From NCBI GenBank assembly GCA_041652755.1, contig JBAZGS010000006.1, forward strand, positions 6,443-70,442: a stretch of DNA of 64,000 bases, read 5' to 3'. Shown here in pieces: positions 1 through 10,523 of this stretch. A program made the position numbers and the translations under genes. The first letter of the stretch is position 1. Each line of letters begins with the position of its first letter. Below the pieces are notes generated by a model. It saw only the letters and a list, made by a program, of their open reading frames with translations, had not been told where the DNA came from and made no database searches. Source of the DNA: Candidatus Nanoarchaeia archaeon. Lineage in GTDB: Archaea > Nanobdellota > Nanobdellia > Tiddalikarchaeales > Tiddalikarchaeaceae.

Positions 1-2
1 GC

Positions 3-728
3 TATTTTGACTTGCTTTATTCAAATATTAACTCTTACAAAACAAGCATATCAACTATAAACAATTTTGACTTAGAGTTTGTTGTAAAGCCTGTTAATAC
101 AAGATTACTTGGGATTTTTAGCGGGAACAACAATAAGGGGTTCTCGTTCTCAGTCCTTTATATAGTCTTAAGTGTTTTAGTCATAGTATTGCTTTCAAGC
201 ATGAGCATAATTTACGACAAAAAGAATAATTTCATAATAAGATTACGGGCTTCGAAAAATAACCTAATCCCTTACTTACTTTCAAAAATCATTTTTTTCT
301 CAGCAGTTAGTTTTGTAATCTTCATCCCTTCGTTTCTGGTGTTTTTGATAGATAACGCTTTTTTCAGCATAAACATTGTTTCATTGATTGTTACACTTTT
401 TTTAATTTCAGCAACTTGGACACTGTTAGGGTGCATTATTGGATTCTCAAGCAAGGATGAGTCAAGCGGAATAATGATTTCAATATTTATAGGTTTCTTA
501 GTATTGCTGCTTTCAGGGCTTTTTTATCCTTTAGAATTTTTGCCGCAAATCATGAAGTATTTCACAATGGTTCTTCCTACCTCTCTTCATGCATCAATGC
601 TTAACAATGCCTTGATATTCAATGCTTCAATCCCTGATATGTCAAACATTTTTGCCAACAATTTAATTTATGATGCAATATTGTTAATAATATGCTCTTA
701 TTTTATGCTTAAGCCAATAAAGACTTAA
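3..728 (+). CDS. ABC-2 type transporter permease (5'-partial)
   Basis: Multiple TM helices and LLSGLFYPLEFLP motif typical of ABC-2 permeases; frame is open to the window edge. Confidence 0.85.
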   Translation, partial: YFDLLYSNINSYKTSISTINNFDLEFVVKPVNTRLLGIFSGNNNKGFSFSVLYIVLSVLVIVLLSSMSIIYDKKNNFIIRLRASKNNLIPYLLSKIIFFSAVSFVIFIPSFLVFLIDNAFFSINIVSLIVTLFLISATWTLLGCIIGFSSKDESSGIMISIFIGFLVLLLSGLFYPLEFLPQIMKYFTMVLPTSLHASMLNNALIFNASIPDMSNIFANNLIYDAILLIICSYFMLKPIKT

Positions 729-731
729 AAA

Positions 732-1127
732 GTGCCAACAAAAAAATTTTTAAAGAGAATTATTTCTTTAAATAATATGATTGAAGATATAATTAGAGAA
801 ACCCAAGAAAAAATTAATGGAATGCAAAAAGATAATGAACAAGCAAAAGTTGACTTTAAAAATGGAGATTTTTCTAAAGTTGTTGAATCTTCTGAAAAGT
901 CGGCAAATTATTTAAGCACAATTGCCAGCTCATTAGAATCTAATGAAAATTTAGAATCAAATAAAGAATTGAAAGATATTTACATAAATACATTAAACTT
1001 AGTTTCAAATTATTATAAGATTGCGCATATTGCCGCAAGAAAAGGAGCTATGGAAGAAAAAGCTGGAGAAACTTTTGGAAAATATTCAGCAATTCAAACA
1101 AAACTAGTAAACTTGCATAATAATTAA
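732..1127 (+). CDS. Hypothetical helical protein
   Basis: 131-aa ORF, helical/charged, no recognised motif; start may be the ATG at 777. Confidence 0.6.
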   Translation: MPTKKFLKRIISLNNMIEDIIRETQEKINGMQKDNEQAKVDFKNGDFSKVVESSEKSANYLSTIASSLESNENLESNKELKDIYINTLNLVSNYYKIAHIAARKGAMEEKAGETFGKYSAIQTKLVNLHNN

Positions 1128-1165
1128 TAACCTTTTTTATTTAATTTTGTTTTTTTATATTGTTT

Positions 1166-1486
1166 TTAGTAAATTTTCTGCTTGAGCTTCTCAATTCTTG
1201 TTTTTAATGCATCATTTTTCTTGCTTAATTCCCTGTGGCTGTTGAGCAAAAGATTGTATTTTTTCACCAAATCATTGTATACTATTTTTTTAACAGTGTT
1301 TTTTTCATAATCATCAATTCTGGAGTTCATTTCAGAGATAGTGTTAAGCATTTTTGATTTTATTCCAGAGTCAAGAATAATATTTTTTGAAGTCTTTCTT
1401 CTAAGCTTTTTTGAAATCTCATAAAAAAAAATAAGCGCTGCGTCAATACCTGAAAATAATACTATAAGCAATAATAATGCATTCAT
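1166..1486 (-). CDS. Membrane-anchored coiled-coil hypothetical protein
   Basis: N-terminal hydrophobic helix then heptad-like charged tail. Confidence 0.65.
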   Translation of the reverse strand: MNALLLLIVLFSGIDAALIFFYEISKKLRRKTSKNIILDSGIKSKMLNTISEMNSRIDDYEKNTVKKIVYNDLVKKYNLLLNSHRELSKKNDALKTRIEKLKQKIY

Positions 1487-1583
1487 TAATAGATTGGGTT
1501 AAAGTTTTTATTTTTAAACATTGCTATTAAGTGTTTTTTTAAATAAAAATATTTAAAGCCTTAGAAACTCTTCAATTAAGACT

Positions 1584-1916
1584 ATGAAAGAATGCAGCAA
1601 ATGCCATTTTGTACTGGAGAACAATGATGATGCTGCTAAGGTTTCAAAAATGCTTAAGATAAAAAAATCAAACCTTGATAATTCAACTTACCCAATCTTA
1701 GTTGCTGACTTTAATTGCAAAAAATGCAATAAAACTATTCATGTCAAATGGAGCGAGATTAATGATGAGTTTAGCCTTACAAAATGCCCTGATTGCAACA
1801 GCGATTTGACTGTTTCATTATTCTTAGGTGTGATGAATGGGTTTAATCTTAAAAGCGTGTGCTTTTCATGCTACAGCGAAATAGGCAGGGGCACTATTGG
1901 CTGTTTTCAGAAATAG
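1584..1916 (+). CDS. Small zinc-finger protein (four CxxC pairs)
   Basis: CSKC, CKKC, CPDC, CFSC. Confidence 0.7.
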   Translation: MKECSKCHFVLENNDDAAKVSKMLKIKKSNLDNSTYPILVADFNCKKCNKTIHVKWSEINDEFSLTKCPDCNSDLTVSLFLGVMNGFNLKSVCFSCYSEIGRGTIGCFQK

Positions 1917-2470
1917 AATTCAACGTTTGGCTTTTTAGGCTCTTCCTTTTTAGGCTGAGGCTCATCGTTTCCAAAGATAAAGAATGAATCATTTGGCTTC
2001 TTTTCCTGGCTAGGCATCTTAGTATATTCAGGCTTTAAAGCATAATCTTCGCTCCCGTACTCTGGCTTAAATGTGTACTCATCCTTGCCGTATTCTTTCT
2101 TGGCATAGGGTCCAGGGTTATATTCTTCTCCATATAATGGCTTCTCAGGCTCAGTTCTTGGATAATCAACCCTTGGCGCTTGATACTCATCCCTGGAATA
2201 TTGCGTGTATTCTTTTTTGTCATACTCATTGTTAAGCAGTTCAGCAAATTTTTTATCATGAACCTTTAAAAACATGTCAATTGAATCCCTTAAAGCTCTT
2301 GCTTCATCTGGATTTAGCTTAAATGCGCTTTTAATGCTTGATTGTTCTCCAATTTTTAAAAAAAAGCTTCCTTCAACTGGGTAATCCCTTTCAATCCTTG
2401 GTTCTTCAGCATCTATTTCAATAAAAGTCCTATTATCCTTCCAAAAATGAGTTTTTTTGAATATCTTCAT
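1907..2470 (-). CDS. Hypothetical protein, globular N-terminus with low-complexity EY-rich tail
   Basis: 187-aa ORF; repeated KPEY/KKEY/DEY units; ends VEFYF. Confidence 0.7.
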   Translation of the reverse strand: MKIFKKTHFWKDNRTFIEIDAEEPRIERDYPVEGSFFLKIGEQSSIKSAFKLNPDEARALRDSIDMFLKVHDKKFAELLNNEYDKKEYTQYSRDEYQAPRVDYPRTEPEKPLYGEEYNPGPYAKKEYGKDEYTFKPEYGSEDYALKPEYTKMPSQEKKPNDSFFIFGNDEPQPKKEEPKKPNVEFYF

Positions 2471-2532
2471 GGCTTAAAGGAATTAATCCAGCATTTTTAT
2501 AGTTTTTCAAGCATTAAATATTGTTGTTAATT

Positions 2533-5157
2533 TCATTGCCAAAACCTTCTTGTTCTTATGAACTTTTTCTCTTCTTCTATTATGTCTTTTATTAGCTCAT
2601 CTTCAGACTTGTTCAAATACAATACCCTTTTTGCATTATTAACTCCAACTCCGTAGCCTGCTACTGCAAAGCATGCCTTAATGCCGTAGCCAAGGAATAA
2701 TTCAGCTGTGTCATTAATCATCTTCTCTGTTCTTTCACGATTAGGCTCTAAAAAGCTTATAGTTTTTGCTTGGCAGAAAGGACATTTGGTGTAGGGAAAG
2801 GATTGGACCTGGAAATTGCCTAATTCTTTTTTGCAGTTATTGCACAAAAAGTTAAAAGTTTTTTCCATCAGCCTTTTTTTGACTAGTTCAAGAACTTCGA
2901 AATCATCCTCCCCTCTTAACAGTATTCCTCCAAAGCTTCCGTGATTCAACCCATTTATTGCAAAAATTGACAAATTATTGTCTATAGAGTAAACTATTTT
3001 TGAGCTCTCCATAACTTTTTTTGCGCCATAAAGGTTCATTTTCTCCCTTATCACTTCATTCATTGTTTCTTTGAAAACGTAAGTGCCCTCATAAGCTTTG
3101 ACAATGCTTGCCATTCTTGCACCCATATATTCAGCGCCTTTTTGTATTATTCCGAAACGCTGGCCAACATTGAAGAATCTCATGTGAAAAATTGTTGAAT
3201 TCTTAACGCTTAGCCTGACTAAATCATTAATCATTTGGGGTTTCAGCTCATTCATGATTTGCTTGAAAGAGCTGAAATTAAAGCTTTTTGGCAAAGTGAA
3301 GATTATCCTGTAAGGGTCTGCTTTTGCTGCAATGTTGTAGCCTGTTCTCGCTCCGAGTATGCTTGACAAAGCCATTGACAACGCTTCGTTTATTCTTGAG
3401 CCATTGCATGAATTGATTATTATCTTATCTTCATAATGCTCAATGTATAATATTTTAGAATCAGGTATTATTTTATCTTTGTAATATTTTTTTCTTAATT
3501 TTCCGACAGTAAATGCAACTTTCCTGCTTACAGGTATTAATTCTCCAGTCCATGACGGCACTGCTGCGCTGCTAGGCTTAGTTCTTGCAACGCTGATAAT
3601 ATCATCTTTTATTTCAAGTATTTGCCATGGCTCGCCTTTCATTATTATTTCACTATTTGGCAGGCAGTACTGGGAAACAAAGGATTCGTCAAGGGTTCCA
3701 ATCCTTGCCCTTGTTTCTGTGCTTATTACTTTGTAAGTCTTAAGATCAGGTATTGTTGAAATGCTTTCAAAATAATAATAGAATGATTTGTTTTCCAACG
3801 CCATTTTTTTGCCGTTGACTTTTAAGTACCTTAATTTTTCCAAGAATTTCAAGAAATCAAGCAACTCCTCCTCAGTTATCTTAAATGAGTAGCTCTTGTT
3901 TATGCATTTCAGCAATTGCTCAAAAGTTATTTTTGAATCATCTTTCAAAAATCCGATTATTTGGTGCGCCAAAACATCTAATGAATTCTTTGGAATCAGA
4001 GGCTTTTCTAGATAATTCTTCTTTAATAGTGACATAATTGCGGTTGATTCCAAATAATCATCATCATTAATTGTGAGTATTGCTCCGTTGCTTTTTTTGT
4101 AATACGCGTGCCCGCTTCTTCCAATCCTTTGAACTAATTTGCTTACTTGCCTAGGGCTCATGAATTGAATGACTAAATCAATGCTTCCTACATCAATCCC
4201 TAACTCCATTGAGCTTGTTGCAATAATTGCCTTTAAATTGCCCTCCCTTAGCTCATCTTCCATCATTATTCTTTGCTTTTTTGCAAGTGATGAATGATGA
4301 AGCCCTAATTTCAGCTCAGGAAATAATTTATTAATAGAGTAGGAAAGTATCTCTGCTTGCTGCCTAGTGTTTACGAAAATTATTGCCTTCTTTGACTTGC
4401 TTAAAAGCTCTTTCATTCTTAATATTGAATTAAGCAAGTGCACTGAAATTCCTGCTTTTTTTGCCAACTCCTTATTATCTGCTGAATTGTTCGGTTTTTC
4501 TACAATAATGCTTGTCTCTTTTGGCTCATTAATATTTACTAATTCGCATTCGCGCTTGTTGCATAAGAATTTTTTAACCTCATTCATGTCAGCTATTGTT
4601 GCACTTATTCCAATTCTTTTATAGCCAGCGAATCTTTCAAGCCTTTCAAGACCTAAAGACAATTGGGCTCCTCGCTTGCTAGCTAAAAGTTCATGGATTT
4701 CGTCAACTATCACGAATTTCACGCTTTTTAGGTTAGTTTTCATCTGCTCGCTTAAAAACATTGACTGCAAAGATTCAGGAGTTGTGATTAAAATATTCGG
4801 AGGATTCATTGCCTGCTTTTTTCTTTGATAACTCGTTGTGTCTCCATGCCTAATCTCTGCCCTTAAGCCTAAGAATTTCGCAAAATCAACTATTCTTTTG
4901 TAAATATCCCTATTTAAGCTCTTGGTTGGAGCAATGTATAAAATCTTCAAGCCCTCTCCTTTGCCAGCTATTAATTCAAAAACTGGCAAAATTGCAGCCA
5001 AAGTCTTGCCATAACCTGTTGGCGCAGTGATTAAAACATTCTTTCCTGATATGATTAAAGGAATGGATTTTTTCTGAACACTAGTAAGCTCTGCTATATT
5101 ATTATTTTTCAGCCATTCACTTATTTTGCTACTAGTCATCTTCATAGCTTTAGACAT
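2533..5157 (-). CDS. lhr: Lhr-family ATP-dependent DEAD/H helicase
   Basis: APTGYGKT, RHGDT, ITTPESL, DEIH, ELGIDVG, QRIGRSGH, DVLAHQI; C-terminal CNNC/CPFC zinc motif. Confidence 0.95.
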   Translation of the reverse strand: MSKAMKMTSSKISEWLKNNNIAELTSVQKKSIPLIISGKNVLITAPTGYGKTLAAILPVFELIAGKGEGLKILYIAPTKSLNRDIYKRIVDFAKFLGLRAEIRHGDTTSYQRKKQAMNPPNILITTPESLQSMFLSEQMKTNLKSVKFVIVDEIHELLASKRGAQLSLGLERLERFAGYKRIGISATIADMNEVKKFLCNKRECELVNINEPKETSIIVEKPNNSADNKELAKKAGISVHLLNSILRMKELLSKSKKAIIFVNTRQQAEILSYSINKLFPELKLGLHHSSLAKKQRIMMEDELREGNLKAIIATSSMELGIDVGSIDLVIQFMSPRQVSKLVQRIGRSGHAYYKKSNGAILTINDDDYLESTAIMSLLKKNYLEKPLIPKNSLDVLAHQIIGFLKDDSKITFEQLLKCINKSYSFKITEEELLDFLKFLEKLRYLKVNGKKMALENKSFYYYFESISTIPDLKTYKVISTETRARIGTLDESFVSQYCLPNSEIIMKGEPWQILEIKDDIISVARTKPSSAAVPSWTGELIPVSRKVAFTVGKLRKKYYKDKIIPDSKILYIEHYEDKIIINSCNGSRINEALSMALSSILGARTGYNIAAKADPYRIIFTLPKSFNFSSFKQIMNELKPQMINDLVRLSVKNSTIFHMRFFNVGQRFGIIQKGAEYMGARMASIVKAYEGTYVFKETMNEVIREKMNLYGAKKVMESSKIVYSIDNNLSIFAINGLNHGSFGGILLRGEDDFEVLELVKKRLMEKTFNFLCNNCKKELGNFQVQSFPYTKCPFCQAKTISFLEPNRERTEKMINDTAELFLGYGIKACFAVAGYGVGVNNAKRVLYLNKSEDELIKDIIEEEKKFIRTRRFWQ

Positions 5158-5234
5158 TAATCAATTTAAAAAGTTTCATTTAATTTTGTGGTTAGCAATT
5201 TTTAAATAATCATGAATTCATTATTTATACTATT

Positions 5235-6464
5235 ATGGAAAAAGTTTTTTTGAAAGTTTTAAGCGAAATTAAGCCTAGCAATGAAGAGACTAAAATGCTT
5301 AATGAGGTTTCAAGCAAGATTATTAAAGTTTTAGAAAAAAATGCGAAAGAATTAGGAGTTAATATTCAAGCTGTTCTTGGCGGAAGCGCTTCAAGAGGCA
5401 CTAACATGAAAGGGAATTTTGACCTAGATTTTTTTGTAAGGTTTGATTCAGAAAAAGATATTATTGAGCATTATAAATTACTGATTACTAAAAGCTTTGA
5501 CGGCTTTAAAATAGTTCACGGCACAAGAGAGTATTTTAATGGAATTTTTGAAGGCTACAAGGTCGAGTTCGTTCCAAGCATCAAATATGATTCGCCTAAC
5601 AAGGCTAAAAACTCAGCAGATATCAGTTTTTTTCACATAGATTATTTGAAAAAAAAATTTGACAAAAATCCTGAATTAAAAAATGAAGTATTATTGCTTA
5701 AGCAGTTTTTGAAAGCCAATGACATCTATGGCGCTGAAAGCGCAAGAAGCGGTTTTTCTGGCTACGTTTGCGAGCTGTTGATTATTTATTTCAAAGGATT
5801 TTATAACCTTTTGGAATATTTCGAGGTTGCTAAGCCTAAAGTGGTTGTTGATATTGAAAAGCATTATAAAAGCAGCGATGATGCAATAAAAGCGTTTAAC
5901 AAGAACAAGATTAGCGGACCCTTGTTAGTTGTTGACCCTCAGCTTCCCCTAAGGAATGCTGCATCCTGCGTTTCAATGACTAGTTTTTCTGAGTTCATTT
6001 TCAAGGCAAGGCTTTTTTTAAGAACTAATGACCCTAAATTGTTCAACATCAGAGGAATTAAATTAAGTCTTGTTAGGGAAAGAAGCTTAAGGAGAGGGAC
6101 TAAACTCATTGCTTTTAAATTAAAAAAAGAAGGGGATTTTGACATTTTAAAAGCTAAGGCTTTAAGGAAGCTTAATCAAATAGAAAGCAGCTTAGAAAAG
6201 GAAGGTTTTGGAATATACTCTTATGGTGTGACAGATGACTCTTATGCTTATTTTGAATTAGAATCCATTAAGGTGTCAAAGGCAAAGAAGCATTTTGGCC
6301 CAGTTGTTTGGTGCGAGCCTAATAATTTCTCAGAATTTGTGAAAAAATGGAGCATTCATGGCATTTCAAAGCCTTACGTTTTTGGCAATAAATTAGTTGT
6401 TGATGTTTTAAGAACTGAGGATTCTAAAGATTTTATTAAAAAAATGCTGGCTGATTATTTATGA
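5235..6464 (+). CDS. cca: Archaeal CCA-adding enzyme (class I tRNA nucleotidyltransferase)
   Basis: GGSASRGT..DLDFF nucleotidyltransferase motif, IYGAE..GFSGYVCELLI, VDP..RNAA. Confidence 0.95.
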   Translation: MEKVFLKVLSEIKPSNEETKMLNEVSSKIIKVLEKNAKELGVNIQAVLGGSASRGTNMKGNFDLDFFVRFDSEKDIIEHYKLLITKSFDGFKIVHGTREYFNGIFEGYKVEFVPSIKYDSPNKAKNSADISFFHIDYLKKKFDKNPELKNEVLLLKQFLKANDIYGAESARSGFSGYVCELLIIYFKGFYNLLEYFEVAKPKVVVDIEKHYKSSDDAIKAFNKNKISGPLLVVDPQLPLRNAASCVSMTSFSEFIFKARLFLRTNDPKLFNIRGIKLSLVRERSLRRGTKLIAFKLKKEGDFDILKAKALRKLNQIESSLEKEGFGIYSYGVTDDSYAYFELESIKVSKAKKHFGPVVWCEPNNFSEFVKKWSIHGISKPYVFGNKLVVDVLRTEDSKDFIKKMLADYL

Positions 6465-7297
6465 AAAGAGAATTTTACAGCTCTTACATTGAAAGGTTTG
6501 GTAAAGAATTCACTGATGAATTGATTGCAAAAATTAACACTCCTTACACTCAATACTTAAGAGTTAACACTTTAAAGATTATACCTGAAGAACTGATTGC
6601 AAGACTCAGATACAAAGGCTTTGTGTTAGAAGAACAAGAAGAGCTTGATTATTGCTTTAAGATAGTAAAGAAACCTTTTGCTTTAAGCTCAACTGAAGAG
6701 TATTTGCTTGGTTATTTTTACCTGCAGGATAAGGCAAGCATGATTAGCGTTAATGAGCTGAATGCTAAAGAGACTGATTTAGTGCTTGATTCTTGCGGAG
6801 CTCCAGGAGGAAAAGCAACATTGCTTTCCCAGCTAATGAACAATAAAGGCGCAATCATCTCAATTGACAATAAGTCTGAAAGGCTTAAAGCTGAAGTTTT
6901 TAACATTCAAAGGCTTGGCTGCATCAACATTGCAAGCTTTGAAATGGATGCCTTGAAAGTGAAAAGGCTGGATTTAAAGTTTGACAAAGTGTTGCTTGAT
7001 GCACCATGTAGTGCAACTGGCACTATGTGGAAGGAGAAGAAAAGAATGAAGTCAGTGAATAAGCATTTGGTGTCAGAGCATTCGATTTTGCAGAAAAAAT
7101 TAATCAAAAGCTGCTATGATGTTTTAAAAAAAGGGGGAGTAATGCTTTATTCCACCTGCAGCCTTGAAGCTGAAGAAAATGAAGAAAATGCTGCTTATGC
7201 AGAGAGCATTGGATTAAAAAAATTAAAGGAAAAATATTTCTTCCCGAACGTTGACGACACTATAGGATTTTATTATTGCCTGCTTAAGAAATCATGA
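6461..7297 (+). CDS. RsmB/NOP2-family RNA m5C methyltransferase
   Basis: QDKASM, DSCGAPGGK, LLDAPCS, YSTCS..EENE. Confidence 0.95.
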   Translation: MKREFYSSYIERFGKEFTDELIAKINTPYTQYLRVNTLKIIPEELIARLRYKGFVLEEQEELDYCFKIVKKPFALSSTEEYLLGYFYLQDKASMISVNELNAKETDLVLDSCGAPGGKATLLSQLMNNKGAIISIDNKSERLKAEVFNIQRLGCINIASFEMDALKVKRLDLKFDKVLLDAPCSATGTMWKEKKRMKSVNKHLVSEHSILQKKLIKSCYDVLKKGGVMLYSTCSLEAEENEENAAYAESIGLKKLKEKYFFPNVDDTIGFYYCLLKKS

Positions 7298-7732
7298 GAT
7301 GTAATAATTATTTTTTATCTCTTCAATTTTCCAGTTCTTTATCATCTCTTCGCATAGTTTTTTTTTCATGGGATTATATTTTTTTAAACAGTAATTCACT
7401 GAAGATTTTATTGAATTCATCATATCTTGCTCATCACTTAACATTGATTTTTTTATCTGCCAACTAAGCAGGGATAACTCTTTGATGTTTTCATAAATCT
7501 CTTCCTTAATTGCTGAAGTAATCATTTTTGACTCATGATTTTCTATGACATTTTTTGGGGAAATTATCTGCATTAATTCAGCTTTATGGCTGCTTAATTT
7601 TTTGATTATTTGGATTAATATTTGGTTTACCATTGGCTCTCCTTTTTTTAAATGAAGATTAAACTCTTTTTTTAATGCTTCATAATCAATTCCGCTGCTT
7701 GTTAATTTCTTTAATAATTCTGATTTTTTCAT
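7292..7732 (-). CDS. Hypothetical protein
   Basis: 146-aa helical ORF with ATG start. Confidence 0.6.
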   Translation of the reverse strand: MKKSELLKKLTSSGIDYEALKKEFNLHLKKGEPMVNQILIQIIKKLSSHKAELMQIISPKNVIENHESKMITSAIKEEIYENIKELSLLSWQIKKSMLSDEQDMMNSIKSSVNYCLKKYNPMKKKLCEEMIKNWKIEEIKNNYYIS

Positions 7733-7747
7733 AGTATTTTTTAAAGC

Positions 7748-8209
7748 ATGGCGCTTTTTATAACTATTATGATTGATGATGTTATTAAGTCTTTTAAGGA
7801 GGATTTTGCAGCTGAACCTAGCATTCCTAAAAATGCTGAATTCTTCAATGATTCATTGATTATAATGAGTGAGGGGTTAAAGAATCTTAAGCTAAAAAGC
7901 GGCCAAATTTACTCCAAAGGGCTTATTATTTTTAAAAAAAAAGCCTTCAGTTACTTGATTAGCTTTAATAAAAAAAAAATAAAGAATTACTTGGTGCTTA
8001 ATGAAAAAAGCAGTTTTCTTTTCACATGCAACAGGACTATATTCCTTAAGGGTGTTAATAAAAAGCAAGGAAGAGGGCCTAATTACGTTGTTTTCAATGG
8101 CAATGATGAACTTTTAGGAATAGCTTACAGGGAAAAATCAGGGCTTAAAAACAAGGTTAATATTGGGTATTATTTGAACCAGGATAATATGAAAGAACCT
8201 GCTTTTTAA
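7748..8209 (+). CDS. Putative NIP7/PUA-like RNA-binding protein
   Basis: C-terminal LFTCNRTIF..VVFNGNDELLGIA..NIGYYL resembles NIP7 PUA domain; near NOP2 gene; start may be 7769. Confidence 0.55.
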   Translation: MALFITIMIDDVIKSFKEDFAAEPSIPKNAEFFNDSLIIMSEGLKNLKLKSGQIYSKGLIIFKKKAFSYLISFNKKKIKNYLVLNEKSSFLFTCNRTIFLKGVNKKQGRGPNYVVFNGNDELLGIAYREKSGLKNKVNIGYYLNQDNMKEPAF

Positions 8210-8889
8210 ATAATCTTTAAATGGTTAATAGTGATTGATTCTTTAAGCTTTATGTAATTTTTTAGCGGCCCATTCTTTTCATTGCTTCCTAGGAAAAACT
8301 CGTTGAATGCGGGAAAGGATATTAAAATTTTTATTGATGTTTTAATTTTCTTAATTGAATAAAATTTTTCATTGTCAAAACTGTAAAAATTCCATGTTTT
8401 CAGCCTTGTTGTTTTTCCCAAATAATTTCTGAATTCGTAATTTGAATGAAAATGCCCAATTATCAAAGTTTCTGCATTAATTAATGCTTCCTTGCTGGGC
8501 ATTTTATGCCCATGAATAAACAAGTAATCATCAAGCAATAACTCATTTTTTACGGTTATGTTTTCAAAAATTTTTGCATACTTTTCTATTAAACCATCAT
8601 GATTGCCTTTGATTATTATTATTTCATTAAAAATCTTTGACAGTTCTGCCAGGAAATCCGTGATGCTTTTTTTATAGCTGCTAATTATATCATCCTTTAA
8701 ATCCCCTAATATTATTAGTTTACATATTTTTTTTTTTGCAAACTTTATAATTTTTAGCATCTTTTTTGTTTGAGAAAAAATAGTGTAACCTTTGGATTGC
8801 AGCCCTTTTTCAAAACCTATATGCAAATCAGAAATCACCAAATAATCCTTTATTATTGCCATTGGCAAATCTTTTATCAGCTCAATCAT
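8206..8889 (-). CDS. Calcineurin-like metallophosphoesterase
   Basis: ISDLHIG, LGD, KGNHD, FIHGH, IIGHFH, PAFN. Confidence 0.9.
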   Translation of the reverse strand: MIELIKDLPMAIIKDYLVISDLHIGFEKGLQSKGYTIFSQTKKMLKIIKFAKKKICKLIILGDLKDDIISSYKKSITDFLAELSKIFNEIIIIKGNHDGLIEKYAKIFENITVKNELLLDDYLFIHGHKMPSKEALINAETLIIGHFHSNYEFRNYLGKTTRLKTWNFYSFDNEKFYSIKKIKTSIKILISFPAFNEFFLGSNEKNGPLKNYIKLKESITINHLKII

Positions 8890-8938
8890 GGGTTTTCATA
8901 ATGTTTTTAATAAGTTAAATATTTATTTAATGCTTATT

Positions 8939-9484
8939 ATGGCAGAGGAACAGTGTATCTATTGCATGATTGCGCAGAACAAGATTCAAAGCGCTAAAGT
9001 TTATGAAGATGAATACTGCGTTGCTTTTTTGGATATTAAGCCAGCAACTAAAGGCCATATGCAGGTTATTTCTAAGGCTCATTCGCCTATTTTCATGGAA
9101 TTAGATGAAGCAACAAAGAATAAGATGTTTAGCATTGCTTTAAATGTTGGGCAAACAATTGTCAAAAAGCTTGGAGCTACTGGAGTTTCATATATCATTA
9201 ATGAGGGCATTGGCGCTGGCCAAAGAGTTGCCCATTCCAGCATTCATGTAATTCCTAGATACGAAAATGACGAAGTTTCTATTGATTGGCCTGACAAGCA
9301 GATGAATCAGGAAGAGCTTTCAAAGTATATCAGCGAAGTTGTTACTCAGATAACTTCACAAAGTGCCCAGCAACCTGGCAACCATAAGCCTGAACTGAAA
9401 GCTGCTGATAAAACTGAAGACAAAAAAGAGCAAAAACCCGAAGAAGTTATTAAGATTAAGCCTAGAATCCCAAAGTATTGGTGA
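8939..9484 (+). CDS. HIT-family protein with altered histidine triad
   Basis: CIYC, AFLDIKP..GH, AGQRVAHSSIHVIPR; start moved to MAEEQ. Confidence 0.9.
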   Translation: MAEEQCIYCMIAQNKIQSAKVYEDEYCVAFLDIKPATKGHMQVISKAHSPIFMELDEATKNKMFSIALNVGQTIVKKLGATGVSYIINEGIGAGQRVAHSSIHVIPRYENDEVSIDWPDKQMNQEELSKYISEVVTQITSQSAQQPGNHKPELKAADKTEDKKEQKPEEVIKIKPRIPKYW

Positions 9485-9486
9485 AA

Positions 9487-10449
9487 TCAAATATTCATCA
9501 CTAAGAGTCTTATTAAATTATCATTCAATAATGCTGTAATTAAAAATGCTAGAAAAAAACTTACTAAAAAAGGTATTCCATCCTTTATTTTTATTGTTTT
9601 AAGCTTGCTTGCTTGCAAAAGTTTTATCTTTTCTTTTGTTAATCCTGGGGCTTTTTTGTTGAACACTTTGTAAACTGAAGGGCTGAAATAAATGCTTATG
9701 AAACTCTTAAAAAGTAAGCTTTTATGGTTTTTTAAAGCGTTTTTTTTCAAATCAAGCAATTCTTTTTCACTTAAGTCATTGTTGTTGCTTATTGTTATTT
9801 TTTTGCTTAATTCTATATCTTGTCTTATCCAGTCACCTTCATCAAGCTTTTTTACATCCTTATTGATTATGGTAATCTTATTTTCAAAAACCTTTATTAT
9901 ATAATATAAACAAAACAAGATTAGCAGCGAAAACAGTATTTTTTCTTTGGCGCCAACGAAAAATATTAATGCAAATAATACTAAGGCAATTAAAAGGATT
10001 ACTGCATGAATTTTTTTCAACTCCTTGTAGGTTTTTGTCTTTAGGAATAAGTAATAAGACCATGCCAGCCCGAAGATTATTCCGCTAAAGAGCGTGTTTA
10101 TTAAAAAATTTGCATAAAAAGGGAATGAAAGCGAGCCAATTGATATGGTGTCAGAGGGAAGGAAAAATAATCCTATGCTTAATGCTGTCAAAAGCTTCAA
10201 GTCTCCTCCTCCCCAAGCACCTGATTTATACAAAATAAGCCCTACCGCAAATGTTGCAATGCTTGCTAAGAGTACTCCTAAAAAAATAACCGTATTTGCA
10301 GTGATTATAAGCTCAAGTATTCTTATTAAGAGAAACAGAGCTCCAAAAGAGTAATTAATGTAATCCCAAACCAGCCTGTATTTTATGTCAAGAATGCTTG
10401 TTATCAATAAATAAACAAATGCTATTAGCAATATTAACTCTTCAATCAT
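9487..10449 (-). CDS. A24-family prepilin/preflagellin peptidase
   Basis: SILDIKYR and WGGGDLKLL aspartate motifs; LDEGDW; C-terminal GIPFLVSF. Confidence 0.9.
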   Translation of the reverse strand: MIEELILLIAFVYLLITSILDIKYRLVWDYINYSFGALFLLIRILELIITANTVIFLGVLLASIATFAVGLILYKSGAWGGGDLKLLTALSIGLFFLPSDTISIGSLSFPFYANFLINTLFSGIIFGLAWSYYLFLKTKTYKELKKIHAVILLIALVLFALIFFVGAKEKILFSLLILFCLYYIIKVFENKITIINKDVKKLDEGDWIRQDIELSKKITISNNNDLSEKELLDLKKNALKNHKSLLFKSFISIYFSPSVYKVFNKKAPGLTKEKIKLLQASKLKTIKIKDGIPFLVSFFLAFLITALLNDNLIRLLVMNI

Positions 10450-10523
10450 TGATTAATTCAATGACTTATTTATTTAAATTACTTATTGAAAAATTTTTAA
10501 TAAGGAAAAAGTTAATTATTAAT

